Shown here piece by piece: positions 27,454 to 35,372 of a DNA stretch of 64,000 nucleotides. Below the pieces are notes generated by a model. It searched no databases, was not told where the DNA came from, and saw only the letters and a program-made list of their open reading frames with translations. The position numbers were made by a program, and so were the translations under genes. Each line of letters starts with the position of its first letter. The first letter of the stretch is position 1. This DNA is from Acidimicrobiia bacterium (lineage in GTDB: Bacteria; Actinomycetota; Acidimicrobiia; IMCC26256; BP-133). The stretch is from positions 15,383-79,382 of the forward strand of contig JBIOUX010000039.1 of NCBI GenBank assembly GCA_044867425.1. Reading direction: 5' to 3'.

Positions 27454-27470
27454 ACGGGGGTTGGGGCGCG

Positions 27471-28487
27471 TCAGCAGTGGGTGGAGATCAGCGGGTAGGG
27501 GTCGATCGCCGCCTCGTGACCGGGGTGGAACTCGAAGTGGGTGTGGTAGGCGGTGGCGTTGCCTGACGCCCCGGTGAGGCCGACGACCTCGCCCTGCTCG
27601 ACGTGGCGAGGGTAGGGGCCGACGAGCTCGAGCAGATGCATGTAGACGTAGGTGTTCCCGTCGTCGCCGGTGAGGAAGATGGTCAGGCCTCCCCCGCCCC
27701 AGTGCCGGGTGGAGACGGTCCCGGCCACCACGGCCACGTTCTCCGTCCCTCTCGGGTTCATGAGGTCGTTGCCCTTGTGGCCCCGCCCGTCACCCCAATC
27801 GTCGCTGAAGGCGACCGGGCCGTTGATGGGACAGATGAAGCTCCCGCCCAGACCGGGCCGGGCCCGCACCACCTGCGCCGGCTTGCTCCGGCTGGCCCGG
27901 GACTGCGCCTTGGCCAGCGCCACCTGGCGGGCCCGGAGCTCCTTCTCGGCCTTGACCATCGCCGCCAGCCGGCCCTCCACCGCCCGCCGCTCGCCGGCCA
28001 GCTGGTCGACGACCTTGTCCTGCTGCTTGCGGCGGTCGTCCAGGGCGCGGCGCTGCGTCCGCAGCTGGCGGGCGGTGTCGCCCAGCGTCGCGACCGCCTC
28101 GCCGGCCAGCTGGTTGACCTGGCCGATCAGCTTCGACCGGCGGGCCGAGCCGAGGACGGCTTCGGTGTCGCCCAGGCCGGAAACCGAATCGACCATCGAG
28201 TCCCGCTTGTACATGGCCGCCGCCCCCCGCAGGGCCGCCTGCCGCAACATCCCCATGCGCCGCTCCAGGTCGGCCACCTTGCGCTCGAGGCCGTTGACCT
28301 CCCAGCCGACCTTCAGCTGCTCGGCCCGGGCCCGGCTCCAGCGGGCCGCCGCCTGGTTGGCTTCCCGTTTGAGCTCGGCCATGGCGGCCGCGTCGCCGCC
28401 GGCCTCCCCTCCGGCCAGGGCGGGGGACGCCGCCGCCAGCAGGCAGCAGAAAGCAAGGAGGCACCGAGCCAGGAATCTCGTGATCAC
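27471..28487 (-). CDS. Secreted M23-family metallopeptidase (peptidoglycan endopeptidase) with an N-terminal coiled coil
   Basis: HKGNDL...G..V.AV.AGTV and H.HFE (TAYHTHFEFHPG) LytM-type metal ligands. Signal peptide ITRFLARCLLAFCCLLAAASPALA after GTG 28487. Confidence 0.9.
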   Translation of the reverse strand: MITRFLARCLLAFCCLLAAASPALAGGEAGGDAAAMAELKREANQAAARWSRARAEQLKVGWEVNGLERKVADLERRMGMLRQAALRGAAAMYKRDSMVDSVSGLGDTEAVLGSARRSKLIGQVNQLAGEAVATLGDTARQLRTQRRALDDRRKQQDKVVDQLAGERRAVEGRLAAMVKAEKELRARQVALAKAQSRASRSKPAQVVRARPGLGGSFICPINGPVAFSDDWGDGRGHKGNDLMNPRGTENVAVVAGTVSTRHWGGGGLTIFLTGDDGNTYVYMHLLELVGPYPRHVEQGEVVGLTGASGNATAYHTHFEFHPGHEAAIDPYPLISTHC

Positions 28488-28698
28488 ATCACATACGCCC
28501 CGAACCAGCACACCTGCTCCCGTCCAGGCGGCGGATCGGGGAGGCACGCTAACAACCCTCCGAGCCGAACGGCAAAACTGGTGACGGACCGGGATGTTCC
28601 CGACGCGTCCGGCGCGCATTTGGGGCCCAAGTCACCGCCTGTGCCCCACCCGGGGTGTGTTCGGCCCCGTCGAGCCCGACGGGTGGTAGTCCCGGCGC

Positions 28699-29070
28699 TC
28701 AGCCGGTATTGGAGAACCGGCCCGGGCGCTCGACCAGCTCGAGGCGGAGCCGGCTGGCCCGGACCCCGGTGGCGGTCTCCCGAATGACCCGGGCCACCCG
28801 CCCGGTGGGCAGGGCCACCGGATAGCCGGCGGCGGCCCGCTCCTCCTCCGACTCGCCGCCCCAGAAGCCGTACTCCCGGCGCTCCCGCGCCCAGGCCCGG
28901 CACTCCGGCAGCACCGGGCAGGCCTCGCACAGTGCCCGGGCCTGCCGCTCCCTGTGGTTCCGCTGATCGGGGCGTTCGGCGAAGGAGGCGAAGAACAGCT
29001 CCGTCCGGCCCGCGCAGGCGGCCTCGTCGGTCCATTCCGCCACGGAGGGCTTCAGCGTTCCGGTTGCCAT
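28699..29070 (-). CDS. WhiB-family redox-sensing transcription factor with a C-terminal extension
   Basis: Four Cys in WhiB spacing: AACAG..ELFF.....ER........A.ALCEACPVLPECRAWA.....YGFWGGESEEER. ATG 29070 (alternative 29133). Confidence 0.85.
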   Translation of the reverse strand: MATGTLKPSVAEWTDEAACAGRTELFFASFAERPDQRNHRERQARALCEACPVLPECRAWARERREYGFWGGESEEERAAAGYPVALPTGRVARVIRETATGVRASRLRLELVERPGRFSNTG

Positions 29071-29188
29071 CAACACGTCGTCACCCCTGGCGATGGTCGC
29101 ACGGGATGCTTCACCTGTCGATTGAGACTTCACCGAACGCGCTTAAGCTGTTTGTTAATCAATCGTCAGGGCGGGGAGGTACCGGGCC

Positions 29189-30094
29189 ATGACTCTGGGG
29201 CAGCTGCGCACCTTCCTGGCGGTGGCCGAGACCGGCTCCGGGCGGGCCGCCTCCCACCGCCTGGTGGTTACCCAGCCGGCCGTTTCCGCGGCCCTGGCCG
29301 CCCTCCAGAAGGAGGTCGGGGTGGCGCTGGTGGTCCGGGAAGGCCGGGGGCTGCGCCTCACGCCGGCCGGGACGGTGTTCGCCGGCTACGCCCGCCGGAT
29401 CCTGGGCATGGCCGACGAGGCGGTGGCCGCCGCCGCCGGCGCCGGCGAACCCGGCCGGGGCCGGCTGCGGCTGGCCGCCGTCACCAGCGCCGGCGAGCAC
29501 CTAGCCCCCTCGCTGCTGGCGACCTTCCTGTCCCAGCATCCGGGAGCGGACGTCGCCCTCGAGGTCGGGAACCGGCAGCGGGTCTGGGATCTGCTCGCCC
29601 ACCACGAGGCCGACCTGGCCATCGGGGGCCGGCCGCCGCCGGGGGCCGACAGCCTGGCCCACCTCCCCAACCAGCTGGTGGTGGTGGCGGCGCCGGAGGC
29701 GCCGACGGGGCGGCGGCGGAGCCGTCCGCCGGTGCGGTCCGTGACCCGTACCGAGCTGGGCCGCGCCACCTGGCTCCTGCGGGAGCCCGGCTCGGGCACC
29801 CGGGCGGCCGCTGAGGAGGTGTTCTCCCGGCTGGATCTCGCTCCCCGCATCCTCAACCTGGGCTCCAACGGTGCCATCGTGAACAGCGTGCTCATCGGCC
29901 TGGGGGTGACCCTCATCTCCCGGGACGCCGTCGCCGACCGGCTGGCCGACAGCCTGCTCGAGGAGTGGAGCCACGGTCCACTGCCCCTGGAGCGGGCCTG
30001 GCATCTGGTCAGCCGGGCGGGCGAGCCGCTGGCCGCCACCCCCCGGCTCTTCCTCGATGGCCTGCTCGCCGCCGGCTGGAAACCCGCGGCCTGA
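29189..30094 (+). CDS. LysR-family transcriptional regulator (candidate CbbR-like)
   Basis: N-terminal HTH MTLGQLRTFLAVAETGSGRAASHRLVVTQPAVSAALAALQKEVGVALVVREGRGLRLTPAG plus a periplasmic-binding-like C-domain. Confidence 0.9.
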   Translation: MTLGQLRTFLAVAETGSGRAASHRLVVTQPAVSAALAALQKEVGVALVVREGRGLRLTPAGTVFAGYARRILGMADEAVAAAAGAGEPGRGRLRLAAVTSAGEHLAPSLLATFLSQHPGADVALEVGNRQRVWDLLAHHEADLAIGGRPPPGADSLAHLPNQLVVVAAPEAPTGRRRSRPPVRSVTRTELGRATWLLREPGSGTRAAAEEVFSRLDLAPRILNLGSNGAIVNSVLIGLGVTLISRDAVADRLADSLLEEWSHGPLPLERAWHLVSRAGEPLAATPRLFLDGLLAAGWKPAA

Positions 30095-30104
30095 CGTCCG
30101 TCGG

Positions 30105-30737
30105 CTACATGGGGCGGAGGGCCATCCACACCGCCCGAGCGGTCTGGCGGCCGGGGTTTCCCCAACGGTGGGGGCGGTCGGTGCGGAAATGGACGGCGTC
30201 GCCTTTGCCCAGGCGGTACTCCCGGCCGTCGACCTCGAAGGTCATGGTCCCGTCGAGCACGAACACCAACTCCTCGCCGGGGTGCTCCATGGGGTTCTCC
30301 CCGCTCGATGCCCCCGGCTCGACCTCGGCCAGGGCGCCGGCCAGGAAGAACCGGCCGTAGGGACCGGAGATGCCCCCCAGATCGATCCCCCGGTGGGAGG
30401 TGTAGACCACCCGGCGCTCGTCGGCCGGTATGAACACCGCCGGTCCGGTCTCCTCGGCGTCCTCGTTCACGAAGTAGGCCACCGGCCGGTTGAGGGCGGC
30501 GGCCAGCTTGAGCAGGGTGGTGATGGTAGGCACCATGCCGGACCGCTCGATCTTGTGGATGGCCGCCGCCGAGACGTCGGCGCGGTCCGCCAGTTGCTGG
30601 AGCGACAGGCCCCGTTGGAGCCGCAGCTCGCGGAGCTTGGGCCCGATCGAGGTGACGATCTCGTCGAGCGAGCCGGGTGTTCCCCGGCTGGGCGGAGGGC
30701 CGCTGTCCGACCGGCCGACGGCTGCCTGCTCCTTCAC
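30105..30737 (-). CDS. XRE-family HTH regulator fused to a cupin sensor domain
   Basis: IGPKLRELRLQRGLSLQQLADRADVSAAAIHKIERSGMVPTITTLLKLAAALN (HTH_3), then cupin H.GEELVFVLDGTMTFEVDG.EY.L..GDAVHF. GTG 30737 (alternative GTG 30755). Confidence 0.85.
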   Translation of the reverse strand: MKEQAAVGRSDSGPPPSRGTPGSLDEIVTSIGPKLRELRLQRGLSLQQLADRADVSAAAIHKIERSGMVPTITTLLKLAAALNRPVAYFVNEDAEETGPAVFIPADERRVVYTSHRGIDLGGISGPYGRFFLAGALAEVEPGASSGENPMEHPGEELVFVLDGTMTFEVDGREYRLGKGDAVHFRTDRPHRWGNPGRQTARAVWMALRPM

Positions 30738-30772
30738 CGCTCCCCCTCGGGTCACGCACCCGTCAGACTCAC

Positions 30773-30800
30773 TTGACGAGCGGACTGCAATCAGTATAGT
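30773..30800 (+). promoter_or_regulatory. Sigma-70-like promoter TTGACG-N16-TATAGT upstream of the flavoprotein/nitrile hydratase operon
   Basis: TTGACG at 30773-30778, a 16-nt spacer, TATAGT at 30795-30800. The same TTGACG-N16-TATAGT arrangement recurs upstream of the paralogous flavoprotein gene (53127-53100, minus strand). Confidence 0.45.
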
Positions 30801-30830
30801 CAATGCCTCCTCACGTATCGTGAATGGTGG

Positions 30831-32033
30831 GTGGGCGTGCCGGCAAGGGTCATCGTCGTCGGAAACGGAGCTGGAGGGGTCGGCGCCACCGCGGCCGTCC
30901 GGGCCACGGACCCCGGGGCCGAGGTCAGCAACTGCTGGCCCGTCAGCGGCATCGACGTCGACCGCCGGACGGTCGACGTGGGGGGCCGGGGAGCAGCGGG
31001 CTGGGATCGCCTGATCCTCACCGCCGCGGCGTCGCCCGCCGGCCCCGCCGGGCTGCCCACCGACCTCGAGGGCCTCTATCCCGTGGCCGCCATCCCGTCG
31101 GGCAGCGACTGGGACCAGGTCCTGGCCTCGGTCAAGGTGGCGGTGGTGGTGGATGCCACCCCCGCCGGCCTGGAGATGGTGGCCACCCTGGCCTCGCGGG
31201 GCATCGAGACGCACGTGGTCGACCCGCAGGCCTCGGTTCTGGCCGGCTCAGTGGACCAGGAGATCGCCGCCCCGGTGGAGGAGTCGTGGGGCGAGATGGG
31301 CGTGAAAACCCACTTCAACACCCGGGTGGAGGACTACCTGGGCGAGGGCCGGGTGCAGGGTGTGCGCACCTCCGCGGGCGAGCTGCCCGCCGACCTGGTG
31401 GTGGTGTGCACCCGTCCGCCGGTGGCCAACGACCTGGCCGCCGCCGCCGGCCTGGAGATCTCCCCCGCCGGCGGCATCGTCGTCGATGATCACATGGCCA
31501 CCTCGCTGGCCGGGGTGTGGGCCGCCGGCGACGGCATCGAGCTGCCCGCCGGCGCCGCCCGCTTCGCCCTCCCCGACTCCCCCAGCCACGCCCACGCCCA
31601 GGGCCGGGTGGCGGGCACCAACGCCGCCGGCGGCAGCCGGACCTACCAGCCGGCCTATGTCCCCTGGGCCCTGTCGGCGGGCCGGTGGCTGATGGGCGGC
31701 GTCGCGTACGGCGAGACGCAGGCCACCGACCAGGGCGTCGCCTATGTGCTGGGCCAGGCGACGGGCATCTCCCGGGCCCGCTACTACCCGGACGTGAAGA
31801 AGGTGACGGTGAAGCTGCTGGCCGAGCCCGGTAGCCTGCGCCTGATCGGTGCGCAACTGGTGGGGGGCGAGGGCATCAAGGAGCGGGCCGGCTTCCTCGG
31901 CATGGCCGTCCGGATGGGCATCACCCTCACCGACCTCGCCTACATGGAGAACGTGTACTCCCCGCCCATCGGGGCGCTCAACGAGCCCATCGCCGTGGCC
32001 GCCCAGAACGGCCTGGCCTCCTTGGGGAGCTGA
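30831..32033 (+). CDS. Pyridine nucleotide-disulfide oxidoreductase (CoA-disulfide reductase/NADH oxidase-like), N-terminally deleted paralog
   Basis: VIVVGNGAGGVGA FAD motif, VAVVVDATPAGLEM NAD motif, AAGDGIE, and a C-terminal dimerisation domain. Aligns along its length with the 51680..53026 product but lacks ~48 aa that include its YSPCGIPY motif. Start GTG 30831 or 30837. Confidence 0.85.
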   Translation: MGVPARVIVVGNGAGGVGATAAVRATDPGAEVSNCWPVSGIDVDRRTVDVGGRGAAGWDRLILTAAASPAGPAGLPTDLEGLYPVAAIPSGSDWDQVLASVKVAVVVDATPAGLEMVATLASRGIETHVVDPQASVLAGSVDQEIAAPVEESWGEMGVKTHFNTRVEDYLGEGRVQGVRTSAGELPADLVVVCTRPPVANDLAAAAGLEISPAGGIVVDDHMATSLAGVWAAGDGIELPAGAARFALPDSPSHAHAQGRVAGTNAAGGSRTYQPAYVPWALSAGRWLMGGVAYGETQATDQGVAYVLGQATGISRARYYPDVKKVTVKLLAEPGSLRLIGAQLVGGEGIKERAGFLGMAVRMGITLTDLAYMENVYSPPIGALNEPIAVAAQNGLASLGS

Positions 32034-32035
32034 CG

Positions 32036-32344
32036 ATGAGACTGGGACTGGGACAGGGACTGGAGAAGGGACGGGGGAAAGCGTTGCAAGGAGCCCGCTG
32101 GCTGCGGTCGAACTCCGAGCACTACCTCCTCCTCGACGCCCAGACCCGCATGGCGGCCCGCTACGGGCGCCCCGCCCCGTCGCCGCCCAAGGGGGCGCGC
32201 GAGCTGTTCTGGCGCCAGGTCTTCGCCCCCACCTACCGTCGTCTCCCCTGGAAAGCCCGCCTGGCTCTCATCAACCGGATGCCCGGCAGCCACCGCCGGG
32301 ACTGGTCGAGCCGCTCTGTTCCCACCCGCCGGCCGGCCATCTGA
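32036..32344 (+). CDS. Hypothetical basic protein (102 aa)
   Basis: ATG lies 2 nt after the flavoprotein stop, so translational coupling is possible. GC3-rich from codon ~20. Sequence ...RELFWRQVFAPTYRRLPWKARLALINRMPGSHRR.... I recognise no family. Confidence 0.5.
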   Translation: MRLGLGQGLEKGRGKALQGARWLRSNSEHYLLLDAQTRMAARYGRPAPSPPKGARELFWRQVFAPTYRRLPWKARLALINRMPGSHRRDWSSRSVPTRRPAI

Positions 32345-32437
32345 GCCGGCCCCACGTTGCTGGATGTTTCACCGCAGTGCCAACGCCGTTGTAGACCCCA
32401 CCACAACTGACAACCCCCAGACCGAGGGAGGTCCCCT

Positions 32438-32923
32438 ATGCCAAAGACCGTCACCCACAAAGTGAGTGAAGGCGACACCCTGTACAACGTCGAAGAGAAG
32501 CTCTTCGAGGACATCCGGGCCAATCCGGGTGAGCAGGCCTACGTCTTCATCCACAGCGTGCCCTACGAAGCCTCCGTGGCCCTGGTCAACCTGCTGACCT
32601 CCACCCGGCTGGTCCGCAAGGGCTTCGACGTCAAGATCGTGCTCTACGGACCGGGCGTCCTCCTCGCCTCGGGCTCCCGCGGCTACCCCTCGGTAGGCAG
32701 CGAAGCCTTCCCCGGCCACCTGGCCATCAACAACCAGATCAAGACCCTCCTCAAGGAAGGGGCCACGATCTACGCCTGCCGCTTCGCCATGGGTGCCCTC
32801 TACGGCTTCCGGGAGGACGACCTCATCGAGGGCATCACGCCCTTCAACCCCCTCGACGTCCTCGACTCCGCCCTCACCGCCTGGCGGGCGGGCGCTTTCC
32901 AGATCAACACCTGGACGGTCTGA
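32438..32923 (+). CDS. DsrE/DsrF-like fold protein; candidate MSMEG_0572/Sll0783-family member
   Basis: GAGGGAGG RBS before ATG 32438. AYVFIHSVPYEASVALVNLL....V.KGFDVKIVLYGPGV and ATIYACRFAMGALYG resemble the DsrE-like sulfur-relay fold. The MSMEG_0572 assignment rests on context and memory only. Confidence 0.7.
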   Translation: MPKTVTHKVSEGDTLYNVEEKLFEDIRANPGEQAYVFIHSVPYEASVALVNLLTSTRLVRKGFDVKIVLYGPGVLLASGSRGYPSVGSEAFPGHLAINNQIKTLLKEGATIYACRFAMGALYGFREDDLIEGITPFNPLDVLDSALTAWRAGAFQINTWTV

Positions 32924-33003
32924 CCGGTATCGGGGTGGTGGGACGCCCGGCCTCGTAGGGGGGGCCGGGCGTCTCTCGCCTCGAGGGACACGAGGAGGTG
33001 CCC

Positions 33004-33666
33004 GTGGACAGCATCGCCGACATGGGCGGGATGCAGGGCTGGGGATCGGTGCCCTACGAGCCTGACGAGCCGCCGTTCCACGAGCCGTGGGAGGGGCGGG
33101 CCTTCGCCATGACGCTCCTGGCCATCAACCGGATCTCGGGGCAGAACCTCGACGCCATGCGTCATGCCCTGGCCCGCCTCCACCCCGTCGACTATCTGGT
33201 CGACGGCTACTACGGCCGCTGGCTCAACTGCGCCGAGCTCATGCTGGTCGACAGCGGCGTTATCGCTCCCGGGGCCATCGACGCCCGGGCCCGGCGCCTG
33301 CGGGGCGAGGACGTCGAAGAACCTCCCGAGCCGGAGCTCAACAAGCCCGACTACGCCGCCACCGGGCCCGGGTCCCTGCGCCAGGTCGACGACCAGCCCC
33401 TCTTCAAGGTGGGCCAGACGGTCCGGGCCAAGGACATCCATCCCACCGGCCACACCCGCCTGCCCCGCTACGTCCGGGGCCGGACGGGGGTGGTGCAGGG
33501 CATGCACCCCGCCGCGCTGCTCCCTGACACCCACGCCCACTTCCAGGGCGAGAACGCTCAGGCCGTCTACGACGTGGCCTTCGACTCGGCTGAGCTGTGG
33601 GGTCCGGACGGGGAGAGCTTCACCCTCCACATCGACTGCTACGAGACGTATCTGGAGGAAGTCTGA
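33004..33666 (+). CDS. nthB: Nitrile hydratase beta subunit
   Basis: [14 protein letters not shown]....[18 protein letters not shown]... and C-terminal [14 protein letters not shown]...........VY.V.F...ELWG are canonical NHase-beta blocks. GTG 33004 with GAGGAGG upstream (the ORF-track start 32998 is too close to the RBS). Confidence 0.92.
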   Translation: MDSIADMGGMQGWGSVPYEPDEPPFHEPWEGRAFAMTLLAINRISGQNLDAMRHALARLHPVDYLVDGYYGRWLNCAELMLVDSGVIAPGAIDARARRLRGEDVEEPPEPELNKPDYAATGPGSLRQVDDQPLFKVGQTVRAKDIHPTGHTRLPRYVRGRTGVVQGMHPAALLPDTHAHFQGENAQAVYDVAFDSAELWGPDGESFTLHIDCYETYLEEV

Positions 33667-34265
33667 TGACGACCACGCCCGCCACCGAACGAATCCCCCC
33701 CTCCCTGCGGACCGAGGCCCTGGAAGCGATCCTGACCGAGCGGGGCCTCGTCGACCCGGCCGTGCTCGACAAGTTCATCTCCATGTACGAGAACGACGTC
33801 GGACCCCTCAACGGGGCCAAGGTGGTGGCCAAGGCCTGGACCGATCCGGAGTACAAGGAGCGCCTGCTGGCCGACGGCACGGCCGCCATCGCCGAGCTGG
33901 GCTACAAGGGCCCTCAGGGCGAGTGCATCGAGGTGCTGGAGAACACCCCGACGCTCCACCACCTGGTGGTGTGCACGCTGTGCTCCTGCTACCCCTGGCC
34001 CGTCCTCGGCCTGCCCCCCTCCTGGTACAAGGACCCCGCCTACCGGGCGCGGGCGGTCCGGGAGCCGCGGGCGCTCGTGGCCGAGTTCGGTCTCGAGCTC
34101 GGTGACGACGTGGAGATCCGGGTGTTCGACTCCAGCTCCGAGGTGCGCTTCATGGTGCTGCCCGAGCGGCCCCCCGGCAGTGAATCCATGTCCGAAGAGG
34201 AGCTGGCCGCCCTGGTGACCCGCGACGCCATGACGGGCATCGCCAAGGTGACGCTGCCGGCGTGA
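33666..34265 (+). CDS. nthA: Nitrile hydratase alpha subunit, cobalt type
   Basis: Metal-binding claw [20 protein letters not shown]. Thr in VC-T-LCSC and Tyr after CSC mark Co-type enzymes. The ATG overlaps the beta-subunit stop (TGATG). Confidence 0.95.
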   Translation: MTTTPATERIPPSLRTEALEAILTERGLVDPAVLDKFISMYENDVGPLNGAKVVAKAWTDPEYKERLLADGTAAIAELGYKGPQGECIEVLENTPTLHHLVVCTLCSCYPWPVLGLPPSWYKDPAYRARAVREPRALVAEFGLELGDDVEIRVFDSSSEVRFMVLPERPPGSESMSEEELAALVTRDAMTGIAKVTLPA

Positions 34266-34266
34266 C

Positions 34267-34620
34267 GTGAACCTCGACATCGCCGGCCCCGCCGCCCCGC
34301 CCCGGTCCAACGGCGAGCTGGTCTTCACGTATCCGTGGGAGAGCCGGGCCTTCGGCCTGGCCGTCACCCTGCACGCCGGCGGGGCCTTCGAGTGGGAGGA
34401 CTTCCGCCAGCAGCTCATCGCCGCGGTGGGGCGCTGGGAGGCCGACCATCCCCGGGCCGAGGGATGGTCGTACTACACCTGCTGGCTCGAGGCCCTGGAA
34501 CAGGTTCTGGCCACCGAAGGCCTCGTTCTGGCCGACGACGTCGCGTGTCGGGCCGTCGAGCTGGCCGGACGTCCGTCCAGCCATGGCCACCGCCACGACG
34601 ACCACGGGCACGGGCACTGA
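34267..34620 (+). CDS. Nitrile hydratase accessory (activator/metallochaperone) protein with a His-rich tail
   Basis: ELVFTYPWESRAFGLAVTL......W.DFRQQLIA resembles the beta-subunit N-terminus, as in NHase activators. The C-terminus is SSHGHRHDDHGHGH. GTG lies 1 nt after the alpha stop. Confidence 0.85.
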   Translation: MNLDIAGPAAPPRSNGELVFTYPWESRAFGLAVTLHAGGAFEWEDFRQQLIAAVGRWEADHPRAEGWSYYTCWLEALEQVLATEGLVLADDVACRAVELAGRPSSHGHRHDDHGHGH

Positions 34621-34627
34621 GGCGGCC

Positions 34628-35041
34628 GTGTCCGAAGGTCGCTCCAAGACGCTGTCGGTGGCGGCCACCTGGGAGGGCGGATACCGGGCCCGGATGACTG
34701 TACGGGACCATGAGCTGGTGGCCGACGAGCCGGTGGCGGCGGGTGGCGGTGACGGCGGGCCGCAGCCCAGCGAACTGTTCCTGGCTGCCCTGGCCTCCTG
34801 CTTCGCGCTGGCCATCTACCACGTCGGCAAGAAACGGGACATCCACCTGACCGACCTGTCGGTGCGGGCCACCGGTGAGTACGAGGGACCCAAGTTCGGC
34901 CGCCTCCGGCTCGAGGTCACCTCGAGCACGCCGCGGGATGTCCTCGACGGTCTGGTGGAGCGGGCCAAGTCCGTCTGCTACGTCTCCAACACGCTGCGGG
35001 CCGTCTCCGACGTCGAAGTCGTCGTGGTGGAGGATGAGTGA
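34628..35041 (+). CDS. OsmC/Ohr-family peroxiredoxin-like protein
   Basis: GGGDGGPQPSELFLAALASCFALAIYHV and KSVCYVSNTL carry the two conserved Cys of OsmC. GTG 34628 avoids overlap; in-frame ATG 34583 would overlap the accessory gene by 38 nt. Confidence 0.85.
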   Translation: MSEGRSKTLSVAATWEGGYRARMTVRDHELVADEPVAAGGGDGGPQPSELFLAALASCFALAIYHVGKKRDIHLTDLSVRATGEYEGPKFGRLRLEVTSSTPRDVLDGLVERAKSVCYVSNTLRAVSDVEVVVVEDE

Positions 35042-35117
35042 TGGCCGGTCCGGGTTTGCCTCCCAGGAGGGGGGTAGCCTCATAACAGGCCTCCCACACC
35101 TGAGAGGAGGAGGACAG

Positions 35118-35372
35118 GTGACCGAGACCGGTTCCCGCAGCGGCTACGACAGCACCGCGGAAAAGGCTCAGGGCCAGACGAAGAAGGTCACGGGCAAGCT
35201 CAGCGACGACATGGAGAAGGCAGAGGAAGGCGCGGTTCAGGAGACCCTCGCCCAGGAGCAGAAGATCAGGCCCTCGAGCCCTGGCAGCGCCTCAAGGCGG
35301 CTGAGGAGATGGAGGACAATCCCGGCCGGTAGGTCGGGCCTGACCTCGACAGCCTCAGGCTCATCCGCCTGA
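35118..35372 (+). CDS. Small hypothetical protein (weakly CsbD-like N-terminus); 3' end uncertain
   Basis: Strong RBS GAGAGGAGGAGGA 3-8 nt before GTG 35118. AEKAQGQTKKVTGKLSDDMEKAEEG is vaguely CsbD-like. The last ~35 codons are Arg/Ser-rich and an alternative frame looks more protein-like, so a frameshift or shorter product is possible. Confidence 0.3.
   Translation: MTETGSRSGYDSTAEKAQGQTKKVTGKLSDDMEKAEEGAVQETLAQEQKIRPSSPGSASRRLRRWRTIPAGRSGLTSTASGSSA

Noticed and set aside
28488-28698. c-di-AMP (ydaO-type) riboswitch upstream of the M23 cell-wall hydrolase, as is common in Actinobacteria.
   Set aside because: On the minus (sense) strand I could not find the conserved ydaO blocks (GGGGACCCA, GGGGUGAAUC, CCCGAACCCG..AGCUAACC) in the correct order; partial look-alikes are on the wrong strand. 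A plausible promoter, TTGCCG-N18-TAGCGT (plus-strand coordinates 28575-28546), would leave a leader of only about 55 nt. An Infernal scan would settle it.
30831-32033. Calling this flavoprotein the MSMEG_0569-family flavoprotein of the Nit1C cluster.
   Set aside because: As I recall, the Nit1C flavoprotein is a flavin-monooxygenase/K+-transport-flavoprotein-like enzyme. This protein has the two-Rossmann-plus-dimerisation layout of the CoA-disulfide reductase / NADH oxidase family, so the equivalence is not supported without an HMM test.
33004-34265. Thiocyanate hydrolase instead of nitrile hydratase; the two families are homologous and share the VCTLCSC claw.
   Set aside because: Thiocyanate hydrolase has three subunits, with the nitrile hydratase-beta equivalent split into two genes. 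Here a single full-length beta gene (221 aa) precedes alpha in the standard nitrile hydratase arrangement with a typical activator. Substrate specificity still cannot be read from the sequence.
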